The notes under the pieces: generated by a model
Seen by the model: the letters and a program-made list of their open reading frames with translations, nothing else
Told to the model about the DNA's origin: nothing
Databases searched by the model: none
Shown: piece after piece, positions 13,131-23,828 of the stretch
How the letters are laid out: each line of letters begins with the position of its first letter
How positions within the stretch are numbered: the stretch's first letter is position 1
Program-made: the position numbers and the translations under genes
From: Octopus bimaculoides
Taxonomy: Eukaryota
Reading direction: 5' to 3'
DNA: 44,549 nt
Assembly (NCBI RefSeq): GCF_001194135.2
Contig: NC_068999.1
Span: 25,995,891-26,040,439 of the forward strand

Positions 13131-14265
13131 AACAATGAACCTCCTCTAACTTCCAGTTTTTTTTTATTATTATCAAAAAAAGTAAATCTGTTCAAAGTAT
13201 TGTAGGTCGAAACTATATACAACAATAAAAGTTTATATTTTTAAAGTTATTTCGTGTTAAAGTTGTCGTATTTCGGTAATTTCAACCAATCAATGACGTG
13301 TATTCAGCTGAATAAAATTACTGCCGTTGTTTGTCGACAACAACTATCGGCGGTGTATATTTCGTTTGTTACTGTTATTTATGACATCGTTCGCGCGTTT
13401 GTACTGGTTTTAGCTTTAGGGTTCAGGTTTTAGAGTTAGGGTTAGGGTTTTAGGATTAGGGTTAGGGTTAAGGTTTTAGGGTTGGGGTTTTAGGGTTGGG
13501 ATATTAGGGTTAGAGTTACGGGAAAATGTGAAAAATGAAGAAATTGGAGGGGGAGGGGGTCAAAAATGTCTTTCCGAAAATAGTAGCTGAAAAACAGGGA
13601 AAAAAACTAAAAGCAGTAGAAATGCACGAACAATTGTGGTGGTGCCATGAAGTAAATACGCTTCAGATACACACGTTTATTCATACGAACCTAACTGAGA
13701 TGAAATATGTCATAAATAACTGAGAAACGAAATATACACCGCCGGAAGTTGTTGTTGACAAACAACAGCAGTAATTGTTTTCACCTCAATAGACGTCATT
13801 GATTGGTTGAAATTACCGAAATACGACAACTTTAACACAAAATAACTTCGAAAATACACAATTTTCTCAAAAACGCCAAGAGTAAATGATGTTGTAGTGA
13901 CGTCATTTGGCGCCAAGGTACAGTCGCCATTACTGCGTTTTTATCCACGTATGCGTGGAATTCAAAATCTAAACGTTCCCGCTCTTTTTATTCTCTTTTC
14001 TCGCCGGCCGGCGAAGAGGACAGACGGCCAACAGCGAAGTTCTCTCACATNNNNNNNNNNNNNNNNNNNNNNNNNNNNNNNNNNNNNNNNNNNNNNNNNN
14101 NNNNNNNNNNNNNNNNNNNNNNNNNNNNNNNNNNNNNNNNNNNNNNNNNNNNNNNNNATAAATATTGTTGTGTTGATAGTTCAGAGTCAGCGTTTCATTG
14201 TTATTTAGAATTTAATATAGGAAAGCAGGTGTACACCTAATGGTGTATAACCACTTTCCTAAAAG

Positions 14266-14378
14266 TGGTGACCCTCCGACGTTGATTCAAACACGCAGCC
14301 CAACGTGAAATGTTCACATTACTTTCCTAAAAGTGGTGACCCCGAATGAAGAACATCCGCAGCCACGGATTCTGATCT
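14266..14378 (+). promoter_or_regulatory. Duplicated, extended tRNA-Trp primer-binding sites (14266-14300 and 14334-14378)
   Basis: tggtgaccctccgacgttgattcaaacacgcagcc and tggtgaccccgaatgaagaacatccgcagccacggattctgatct; the 22-mer actttcctaaaagtggtgaccc is repeated at 14253 and 14321. Confidence 0.8.
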
Positions 14379-14929
14379 ACCGACCGATAATACTACACTG
14401 CCGCAGCTGACATAAGTAAATACGGCATTTCGAACAGCTACCCGACTCAAGAACAAACGCAGCCCAGAGATTTCCTATAACTGGTGACACGACTAAAAGA
14501 ACAACCGCAGCCACGAAAATCTGAACTGCGACCGATAATACTACAATTGGTACCTCGAGCTAAAAGATCTACGGACCTCATTTCAACAGCCATTGAATTC
14601 GTATGTTTCGAAACGTTCAACATCAGGATTGCCTCTACATTCTCATCAAACACAAGTGAAAAGCTAAGAAAATTTTTTCTACCTTAAAGTTTTTCCTTTT
14701 GTCAATGACTTCCAGAGCCTATAACCGAAAACTTCTTTGCGGCTGAGACCTTTGTGGTTTTTCACACAAAAAACTTCACGGTTATTTCATCCTAACAACT
14801 TTTTGAGCAATTTCCTACATGTTTCACGCGACGTCAATTCATTCTTATACAGCGTCCTCTACTTGCTGAAAATAGCAGTAAAAATGCACAGTTACATTTC
14901 AGTGAATACATAACATTTATTGATGCTTA

Positions 14930-15295
14930 CTTGTTCCCAGTTCAGCATATTTCACACCTCTCCGTTTCTCTCGGCCGGAGAATGGAAGAGTTACTGGCTT
15001 ATCTTCATTTGCACGGGATTTTGTTTGGTCATTTTACTCGCAGCTCCGAATTCATGACGGCATTTTCCAGCAATGCCACTCAACGGTACCTCTCAAATAG
15101 ACGCCCTGTCCAATTTCTCTCTCCTGATACGCACCAACAGCTACCATCCCGCTTCTAATGGAATGGTTGAGCGTTTTTCATAGGCAATTTAAGGCTGCCT
15201 TACACGCCTCGCCCAACCCGCAGTCTTGGGTTGAATTTCTTCAAGGTCGACGCTAATGGTCGTACAGAGATTGTATCTGTCGACCGTCTGAAAAA
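14930..15295 (+). pseudogene. Gypsy pol remnants (RNase H trace and integrase C-terminal pieces)
   Basis: Hand translation gives EELLAYL and DALS (RNase H-like, weak), then RTNSYHPASNGMVERF/HRQFKAALH...SWVEFL and FKVDANGRTEIVSVDRLK. These are typical Gypsy integrase motifs joined by deletions and frameshifts. Confidence 0.8.
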
Positions 15296-16999
15296 GCGTG
15301 CCTTTTCAAACACCACTGTCAACATCATTACCACTACACATACAGAACACAGCCAGTTTACAGCGACTCCATCAACAGCTTCGTCCAGCCAAGATTACCA
15401 CCGCCGTCGCCATCAGCAACACGAGTCTACGACTACTACCAAGCATCGTCTTCGCCACCAGCGTCAACATGACTTTCTATGTACACCAATCCAAACCACC
15501 GCGGCACATCTCTCTCTCTCTCTCTTTGATTCTGTTAGGCGTTTCATATTCACCACGATTAATAATAGACAAGAGAATTCAGCCAGCGACGAACATCTGT
15601 ATAACAAGAACCCGGCCCGGCATCGAAGCCACCACATCACAACTAGTGATCGCTCTGCCACACATACGCCTCAACTTCTTTCACATACAGACTCTTCCAA
15701 TTGTGTACTCAACGAACTGGTATAAATGCTCATCACGTGTTACTGACTCTTTTTTTTATCTGCTGTATATAACGCATACACATACATGTATCACTCACAC
15801 ACACTCTTTTCTTTATACGACGGCCTGTCTTTTATTATGTTTTTTATATGNNNNNNNNNNNNNNNNNNNNNNNNNNNNNNNNNNNNNNNNNNNNNNNNNN
15901 NNNNNNNNNNNNNNNNNNNNNNNNNNNNNNNNNNNNNNNNNNNNNNNNNNNNNNNNNNNNNNNNNNNNNNNNNNNNNNNNNNNNNNNNNNNNNNNNNNNN
16001 NNNNNNNNNNNNNNNNNNNNNNNNNNNNNNNNNNNNNNNNNNNNNNNNNNNNNNNNNNNNNNNNNNNNNNNNNNNNNNNNNNNNNNNNNNNNNNNNNNNN
16101 NNNNNNNNNNNNNNNNNNNNNNNNNNNNNNNNNNNNNNNNNNNNNNNNNNNNNNNNNNNNNNNNNNNNNNNNNNNNNNNNNNNNNNNNNNNNNNNNNNNN
16201 NNNNNNNNNNNNNNNNNNNNNNNNNNNNNNNNNNNNNNNNNNNNNNNNNNNNNNNNNNNNNNNNNNNNNNNNNNNNNNNNNNNNNNNNNNNNNNNNNNNN
16301 NNNNNNNNNNNNNNNNNNNNNNNNNNNNNNNNNNNNNNNNNNNNNNNNNNNNNNNNNNNNNNNNNNNNNNNNNNNNNNNNNNNNNNNNNNNNNNNNNNNN
16401 NNNNNNNNNNNNNNNNNNNNNNNNNNNNNNNNNNNNNNNNNNNNNNNNNNNNNNNNNNNNNNNNNNNNNNNNNNNNNNNNNNNNNNNNNNNNNNNNNNNN
16501 NNNNNNNNNNNNNNNNNNNNNNNNNNNNNNNNNNNNNNNNNNNNNNNNNNNNNNNNNNNNNNNNNNNNNNNNNNNNNNNNNNNNNNNNNNNNNNNNNNNN
16601 NNNNNNNNNNNNNNNNNNNNNNNNNNNNNNNNNNNNNNNNNNNNNNNNNNNNNNNNNNNNNNNNNNNNNNNNNNNNATATAGGAAAGCAGGTGTACACCT
16701 TAATGGTGTATAACCACTTTCCTAAAATGTTTTATGTGACACATTCTACCAGTATACGAATTTTGAAAGTGTTTAGTTACAAAAAATTATTTTTTAAATG
16801 TGCCGGCCAAAAGGAAAAGATCTAAAAGTGTTTTCCTTCGTATTTTTCTGGGCAGATAGTTAAAGTTTTACTTATTTTTTAATAAGTCGAGTGATTACAT
16901 TTAGACATGATTTCGGACAGTTTTTCCTCGTTTTTTTTTTTTTCTTTTTTTTAAAAACAAGGAGTCCACATTTTCATCATTTTGTTTTATATATATTGT

Positions 17000-17597
17000 T
17001 CATATTACATTTAATATTTTTTCCCTGAAATTTTCAAACTTTGCATGTTCCACCACGGGTGGCATTGCATTATACAACACCGGCCCGTCAATCATAGTCA
17101 CCAATTCACCGTAAGAATCCATGAACGCCTCGTATCTTTCGTCGTTCAATAGAACACATCTTTCATACTCCTCGAAATTCTCCCTGGGCAGCTCCACCCC
17201 CATTAAACCCCTCCACTTCCACACTCTTCACATAGTGAACCATGAATCCCTTATGCTTGCATTCTTCCTCTCTTAGTTCCGTCTCCATTGCATGCGTACG
17301 CCAAGTCTAGGCGGCTCCCCACCTCCCTTGGGCATCCTCTCCGCTTCTGCCGACAGTTCCCGCGAGTGCCCCCTTGACCGCGACCTCCTGCTTTTGGGGG
17401 ACACAAACCCGTCACTCCCCTTCCCTACCTCCTCTGTTCCGTCTTCCCTCGTTCCTTTGCCTCCTCCGTCCCTCTCCACTTCGATCCCTTCCTCCATCTC
17501 CACTTCCGGCTCCCCTTCCACAGCCCTCCCACTCTGAGGATACTCGCGCTTGGGGCACAGCGTCCACATGCGACATCTCACTCCACATTGGTAACAA
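17000..17597 (-). pseudogene. ORF1-like copy A (Tx1/L1-type; degenerate CCHC, charged linker, conserved C-terminal domain); 5' part in gap
   Basis: CYQCGVRCRMWTLC knuckle remnant. The C-terminus HYVKSVEVE...VLLNDERYE...PPVVEHAKFENF is homologous to copies B and C. An A-rich tail lies about 50 bp after the stop. Confidence 0.7.
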
Positions 17598-18117
17598 NNN
17601 NNNNNNNNNNNNNNNNNNNNNNNNNNNNNNNNNNNNNNNNNNNNNNNNNNNNNNNNNNNNNNNNNNNNNNNNNNNNNNNNNNNNNNAAACCACGCGCAAA
17701 TCGCTTCAACAATTCTTAGCAATAACAAAAACAATATATTCAACGGACAGTCTAAAAAAGACAACCCTCCTCAATTAAACTGTGGTCTCAAATGACTAAC
17801 TGAAACAACATGTTGAAACACTAACGTCATTATTGAGCACATGGCTTTTGTACAGAGGGGACACACAAAACAATACAATGGGTACACAAAAACACATATC
17901 GTATGAAATTATGGATACAATGAAAAATGAGGATAGAATAACTTACCTGCCCCCCACCCATGAGCAGGCAGTTTCATTTTACTGTTTTTATATAACGTTT
18001 TACTAACAGTTCAATATTCTGTCTTGTATCTGTTGGTTTTCCCTTTTTGTTTTTTCCTTTTCAAAAAAAAATTGCACAAAGTCACTAATTATTCAGTTCT
18101 TAAATTTCTTCCCTCGT

Positions 18118-19511
18118 TTACACCAAATACTCCTTTAAATTTTCGAATGCCACCACCGGCGGCAATTCATCAAAACGATACTGTACCGGTGTCACTTCTA
18201 ACTTTTCACCAAACAATTCCTTTAACCTTTCTCCTCTCTCTCTTTCCAACAGAACAGCTTTCAAATATACATTGGTCTCGTTGGGTGACAATTTAATTCT
18301 AATTACATTCTTCATTTTCGCAATCTTTTTTTCTATCTCTACACTTTTTGTGTATTGTATCATATTTCTTAATTGTTTTCCTTTCGGTGTCTCTCTCTGT
18401 TTTTCTTCACCAATCTCTTCTACTGTTGCTGGTATTTCTATCTCTGTATGTCTCTCATTCTTTATTGTTATCATTTCTCTTTCATCTTCCTTTTTCTTCT
18501 GTACTTTCTCTTCCGTGCTGGTTGTTGGTAACGGTCTATGTTTTTGCTCTTCGACTTTGTCACTCACTTTTGTTGGCCCTTCAATTTTTCTCTGCTCGTT
18601 CGCTTTTCCTTGTTTCACGCTCTGCGTCTCTTCTCCATTTCCTTTTCTTTTCTTCCTAGGACTTTTTGGTGGTGAGTCCGCGTTACACTTCTTCCTCTCC
18701 ACCACTGTGTACTGTTCTTCCATAGTTTGCTTTTCTGCTGTTGAAACCTCTTCTTGTTCTTTCTCTATCCCCTTCTCTTCGTCTTTCTGGAGACACTTAG
18801 CTTTCATGTGTCCCCGTACTCCATATTGATAGCATACGGGAGGTCTTCCTTCCACCACGACTCTTGACTTCGTTTCATCGGGTAAAACTAGTTATTCTGT
18901 GATTTTATGAAGGTCTGGCAAACTGATGTGAACCGTCACCTCAAGGCCGTTTCCCCATCAATTTACCTCCGTAGTCCTTGTGATTTTAAGTATTTTAGTT
19001 TCCTCTTCTGTATTATAGAGGATGGCTACCACCAGCTACGCCTCGTTAATTTCTGGGGGCACTCTACCAATCCTAACTCTGGCCGCATGTTTGCCACAGT
19101 TGGTTGGTAGCAGTACCCACTCAGTTGATCTCAAAGGCACAGTGGAGTGTTTTATCGCTTCTTGTTCACTCGCGAAGCGTACCTCCTCTGTGCCATATTT
19201 CTTTCCTCTGGTTTAGTACGTAGTTAGGCTTTTGATTTCTTTCAAGCATTCTTCGACTGCCTCTACTGCAGCTATTTCAACTCTTTTTGTATCGATAGAC
19301 AGTGTTTTGTATATTTCTGTCCTTTTTTCTGTGTTTTCCATAATTTCCTTGGGCGGCGTCAGCCTCGAGCTGTCTCCTTCCTTTCGTAACAATTCATTAT
19401 ATTTCTTAAAATTCGTGTCGTTCAGTCGAATTTCTCTTTCAGGATATCTGCTGTTAGACTATTCCCAGTTAATGCAACATAACTGCCTGATGGAACTGGT
19501 TGACTTTCCAT
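18118..19511 (-). pseudogene. ORF1-like copy B (RRM-like region, CCHC knuckle, K/E-rich linker, C-terminal domain)
   Basis: ATG at 19511 (MESQPVPSGSYVAL), then an early frameshift and in-frame stops near 19213, 19036, 18958 and 18892. The 246-aa C-terminal part VEGRPPVCYQYGVRGHMKAKC...PPVVAFENLKEYLV is open. Confidence 0.85.
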
Positions 19512-19565
19512 AATGTTGTTATTCACAACTTCACCCATAAATGGGGAAGAAAATAAAAGTTCACA

Positions 19566-19760
19566 GTGCAGGACTGGCTGTGTGGTAAAGTAGCTTGCTT
19601 ACCAACCACATGGTTCCGGGTTCAGTCCCACTGCATGGCACCTTGGGCAAGTGTCTTCTACTATAGCCTCGGGCCGACCAAAGCCTTGTGAGTGGATTTG
19701 GTAGACGGAAACTGAAAGAAGTCCGTCGTATATATGTATGTATATATATATATATATATA
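19566..19760 (+). mobile_element. SINE 5' half inserted just upstream of copy B
   Basis: Near-identical to the head of the 26233 SINE (A-box tggctgtgtggtaaag, B-box ggttcagtcc, ccttgggcaag); it ends in (TA)n. Confidence 0.9.
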
Positions 19761-20640
19761 ATTGCTGACCAAACACCATTCAATTTTTTTTCTCCGTGTT
19801 TTCTCCGTATTCTTTCTGTTGAAGAGCGTAGCTCGAAACGTTNNNNNNNNNNNNNNNNNNNNNNNNNNNNNNNNNNNNNNNNNNNNNNNNNNNNNNNNNN
19901 NNNNNNNNNNNNNNNNNNNNNNNNNNNNNNNNNNNNNNNNNNNNNNNNNNNNNNNNNNNNNNNNNNNNNNNNNNNNNNNNNNNNNNNNNNNNNNNNNNNN
20001 NNNNNNNNNNNNNNNNNNNNNNNNNNNNNNNNNNNNNNNNNNNNNNNNNNNNNNNNNNNNNNNNNNNNNNNNNNNNNNNNNNNNNNNNNNNNNNNNNNNN
20101 NNNNNNNNNNNNNNNNNNNNNNNNNNNNNNNNNNNNNNNNNNNNNNNNNNNNNNNNNNNNNNNNNNNNNNNNNNNNNNNNNNNNNNNNNNNNNNNNNNNN
20201 NNNNNNNNNNNNNNNNNNNNNNNNNNNNNNNNNNNNNNNNNNNNNNNNNNNNNNNNNNNNNNNNNNNNNNNNNNNNNNNNNNNNNNNNNNNNNNNNNNNN
20301 NNNNNNNNNNNNNNNNNNNNNNNNNNNNNNNNNNNNNNNNNNNNNNNNNNNNNNNNNNNNNNNNNNNNNNNNNNNNNNNNNNNNNNNNNNNNNNNNNNNN
20401 NNNNNNNNNNNNNNNNNNNNNNNNNNNNNNNNNNNNNNNNNNNNNNNNNNNNNNNNNNNNNNNNNNNNNNNNNNNNNNNNNNNNNNNNNNNNNNNNNNNN
20501 NNNNNNNNNNNNNNNNNNNNNNNNNNNNNNNNNNNNNNNNNNNNNNNNNNNNNNNNNNNNNNNGTTCATTATTCTTTTTTTCCCATCATTTTTTAAAAAG
20601 TCCTTATTTTGAAATTTTAAAAATTTCACTTACTTTCCAT

Positions 20641-21988
20641 TTATATTAAATATTCCATTATGTCCTCGAATGCCACCACCGGTGACAACTTATTAAATCG
20701 AAACTGCAACAGTAATATCTCTATCATTTCCTCGAAATGTTCCTTCAACCTTTCACACCTCTCTTTTACAAGCAAGACTGCATTAACTCCTTCATTGCAC
20801 TCCCTGGGCTCCAACTTCACCCTAATTAAATTTTTCATTTTCGTTATCTTTTTTTCAATTTCCACATTTTTTCTGTACTGTATCATTGTTCTTAATTGTT
20901 TTCCCTTCAGTGTTACTTTCTGGTTTCCATCACTAATCTCTTCTGCTGTTGTTGGTATTTCCATCTCTTTCTTCTCTGCTTGTCTTTCGCGTGATGTTCT
21001 TATCATTTCTCTTCTGTCTTCATTTTCCCCTGTCCTTGCTGGTATTGCTCTCTGTTTTCTCTCTCCGTCTTTCTCGCTTAATTTTGCCGACATCTCGTTT
21101 CTTTTCTGCTCGTTCGCTTTTCTTCCTTTTGGTAACCCTTGTCTCTCCTCTACACTTCCTTTTCTTTTCTTCATGGGACTCTTTGGTGGTGAGTCCACGT
21201 TTTCTTGTCTTTTCTTCCTCTTCACCACTGTCTATCTTTCTTCCATATTTTCCACTGGCCTCTGCTCCTCTGTGCTCTGCATACCTATCTTTTCTTGCTG
21301 TTCCATCTCCGTCACCTTCTCTTCATGTTTCTGGTGACACTTAGCTTTCATGTGTCCCCTTACTCCACATAGAAAACATACAGACGGTCTTCCTTCCACC
21401 ACAATTTTTAACTCTGTTTCGTCTGGCAGTACCAGTTCTTCCGCAATCTTGTGGAGGTCTGGCAAGCTTATATGGACCGATACCGCTATTCCATACCCCA
21501 ACCAGCCAGGCCTCATCATTTTCTGGGGGGCATTCTACCTATTCTTACTCTGGCTGCACATTTGCCGCAGTAAGTCGGTAGTAGTGCCAACTCAGCTGAT
21601 TTCAAAGGCACAGTGGAGTATTTTCTCACTTCTTCTCCACTCACAAAGCGTACCTCCACTGTGCCGTATTTCCTTCTTCTGGTGTAGTATGTCGATACAT
21701 TCTTAACTTCTCTCAGGCATTCCTCGACCACCTCCACTGCTGCTATTTCCACATTTTTCGTTGCAATATTAAACTTTCTGTATACAATTGTTTTCTTCTC
21801 CGTTTTTTTTCTATCACTTCCTTGGGAGGCGTCAACCTCAGGCTATCTCCCTCCTTTCTCAAACAATCATTATATTTCTTGAAGTTTTTCTCCTTCAATT
21901 CAACTTCTCTAACTTGCAGCACCTCTGCTGACAGGCTTTTGCCAGTCACCGCAGCATAACTGCCCGCTTGCACTGGTGTACCTTCCAT
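20641..21988 (-). pseudogene. ORF1-like copy C, paralogue of B, frameshifted
   Basis: MEGTPVQAGSYAAVTGKS...EVRFVS...LLPTYCG...RVRIG...VVEGRPSVCFLCGVRGHMKAKC...SPPKSPMKKRKG...PVVAFEDIMEYLI spread over several frames; intact CX2CX4HX4C. Confidence 0.85.
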
Positions 21989-22011
21989 AACAATATTGTT
22001 CACAATTTCAC

Positions 22012-22122
22012 CTATAAATGGGGAAGAAAATTAAAAAAAACAGGTAATAACAAGTTCAACAATTTCAAGTAACAACAATCCAACAATTCAGTAAATAACA
22101 GTTTAACAATAACAGTACTCAC
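22012..22122 (-). other. Candidate 111-bp 5'-UTR intron of copy C
   Basis: Donor CAT|GTGAGT at 22122; acceptor ttttcttccccatttatag|G at 22012, 23 nt upstream of the ATG. Confidence 0.45.
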
Positions 22123-22503
22123 ATGGAGCGTGTACACTTCAAACTCAACTGATTCAAATACAACACTAACGATAACACCAACGTTCTCTCAACGATTAGC
22201 CAGAGATGATTTTTAAAATGAGAATATCTAAAACAAACTCAACTGCTCTCACAAACTCATAAACGAGAATACTAAAAATGAACCCGACCGCTCTCAAAAA
22301 TTAAGTAAAAAAAAAAAAACGGAAAAGTAATCCAGAATCCTTGTCCAGTACCAATCAATCCTAAAATCGAATCAGCGCGTGCCAGTTGTAATTTTGTGTT
22401 GGTGATTTTTGAATAATTTTTTGTGCTGTGCAGCGGTTTGGGTGTTTACATGTGTTTTGTTTGTGCTTTCTCTTCTCGTCAGAGAACAGACAGCTGGTTA
22501 AAG

Positions 22504-23828
22504 GATGTCTGAAGACAGTTATTCAGACATATCATCGTCCGAGGAGGAGTTGCTGGAGGCTGTTAAAACAATGGACCAGAAACTGAGAACAGAGAAGAGG
22601 AATTTTGCTGTGCAGCAAGGTGCAAGGAGACAGAAGTGAATATCGAGGAATTAGGAAGACACGAAGGAGAAATGATCCGAGATGGGTTTGAAGTGAAGCT
22701 GTCGCCCCCCGCAAGAGGTTAAAAACGGAATAAGAGAGTAAAACTATAAACTATCGAACCTTTTTGATAAATAAGGGAGAAATAGATGTCGTCATGACAG
22801 AACAAGTAGAAAAGGCGTTAAAGCAGATTTGGGATTATATAATATACCTGACTAGAGGTTCAACATTTGCAACAGTAGAAGTGAGGTTTCGTAATGCAGC
22901 AGCAGCAAGGAAACATGCAGCGTCGACAATTCGGAGCGAAGAAGTGATGCTGTTACCCACGTATAGAGGCATGAGAGCAACAAGGGTCACGGTTGAAGGA
23001 ATCCCACCGGAGATTGATGTGACCTGGGTGGCAGATGCAGTCCTCTGTGGTAATGAGGACAACATAGTAGTGCTCCAGGCCAAGAAAAAAGAGTGCGTCA
23101 ACTGGAGAGGTCAACAACTGGAGATGATAGTTCAAGGTTCAAAAGAAATGATAGAAAAGATTACAGAAACCATAATTATGGAAGAAACAATTATGACTGT
23201 CATGGTGGAAGGAAGAGTTCCACGCTGCTTTAAATGTGGCCTGAAGGGACACATAAGAGCAGTGTGTATGTCAAAAACCAAGAAAACCAGAAGAAAAGCG
23301 ACCAGAGAATATGGAAGAGGAGATAGAAGAGTCCCGCAGAAAGGAAGTAATCGAAAAAGAAAAGGAAGTAGCGGAAATAGAGAAAAATAAATGGGAAAAT
23401 GTGACAGGAAGAAAAAGAAAAAAGGCAAGNNNNNNNNNNACCCACCCACTCCCTGCAGACACTTGGCCTATCCATTCCCATCCGACACAAAAACAAGAGG
23501 CAAACACATACAAAGAAACACAAAACCCCTCCCCCAAGTCAAAAAAAGAGAAGGAAAAAGTGTAGGATTTACATGTTGCCTAGCGATGAACTGTTAAGGG
23601 ATTCGGTGGAATGGAACATAAAGTGTATTGGAACTGCGGGGTATGATAAGGTGGAGGGGCATCACAGGTGTGTAATACCAGATAAGTAGCAAGAGGAAAA
23701 AATACAAGAGTATATGGTTGGATTTTGTTTTGGGGAGGTGGACTGCATTCCCAGGCTTTACAACATATGATAGGTGGTTGGAGGAAACAGATATCGATGT
23801 GTTAGAGGGTTCAGGATTTAAAAGGTAG
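22504..23828 (+). pseudogene. ORF1-like copy D, divergent orientation, more distant paralogue
   Basis: MSEDSYSDISSSEEE..., then TVEVRFRN...LLPTYRG...RVTVEGIPP...VMVEGRVPRCFKCGLKGHIRAVC and a K/E-rich tail. It has frameshifts and stops and a different C-terminal segment. A strong acceptor ctttctcttctcgtcag|A lies at 22482. Confidence 0.8.

Larger units (their letters stand above)
13893..16726 (+). mobile_element. Internally deleted, non-autonomous Ty3/Gypsy LTR retrotransposon (about 2.8 kb, partly in gaps)
   Basis: It starts TGTAGTGA and has a 4-bp TSD atgt (13889-13892, 16727-16730). The LTR 3' end ...taggaaagcaggtgtacacc(t)taatggtgtataaccactttcctaaa is present at 14218-14263 and 16680-16726. 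A PBS starts at 14266 and pol remnants follow. Confidence 0.88.
13237..16823. mobile_element. Foldback MITE related to the 11118-11698 element, split by the Gypsy insertion
   Basis: About 150-bp inverted arms at 13237-13387 and 13707-13858 surround a degenerate (TTAGGG)n tract at 13409-13522. The right flank (13859-13892 joined to 16727-16823) matches the reverse complement of 11118-11210. The left terminus is not resolved. Confidence 0.7.

Noticed and set aside
14266-14378. tRNA-Trp gene on the minus strand
   Set aside because: Only the 3' half is present, it includes the CCA complement, it has bulged inserts, and it directly follows an LTR end, so it is a PBS and not a gene.
15298-16825. 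Long ORFs of 284-471 aa (also at 276-910, 4796-5576, 19661-20649, 25008-25330)
   Set aside because: They are open only because they run through N gaps.
18272-18829. Hydrophobic F/S/L-rich plus-strand ORFs (also 20660-21337) resembling membrane proteins
   Set aside because: They are antisense shadows of the K/E-rich ORF1-like frames.
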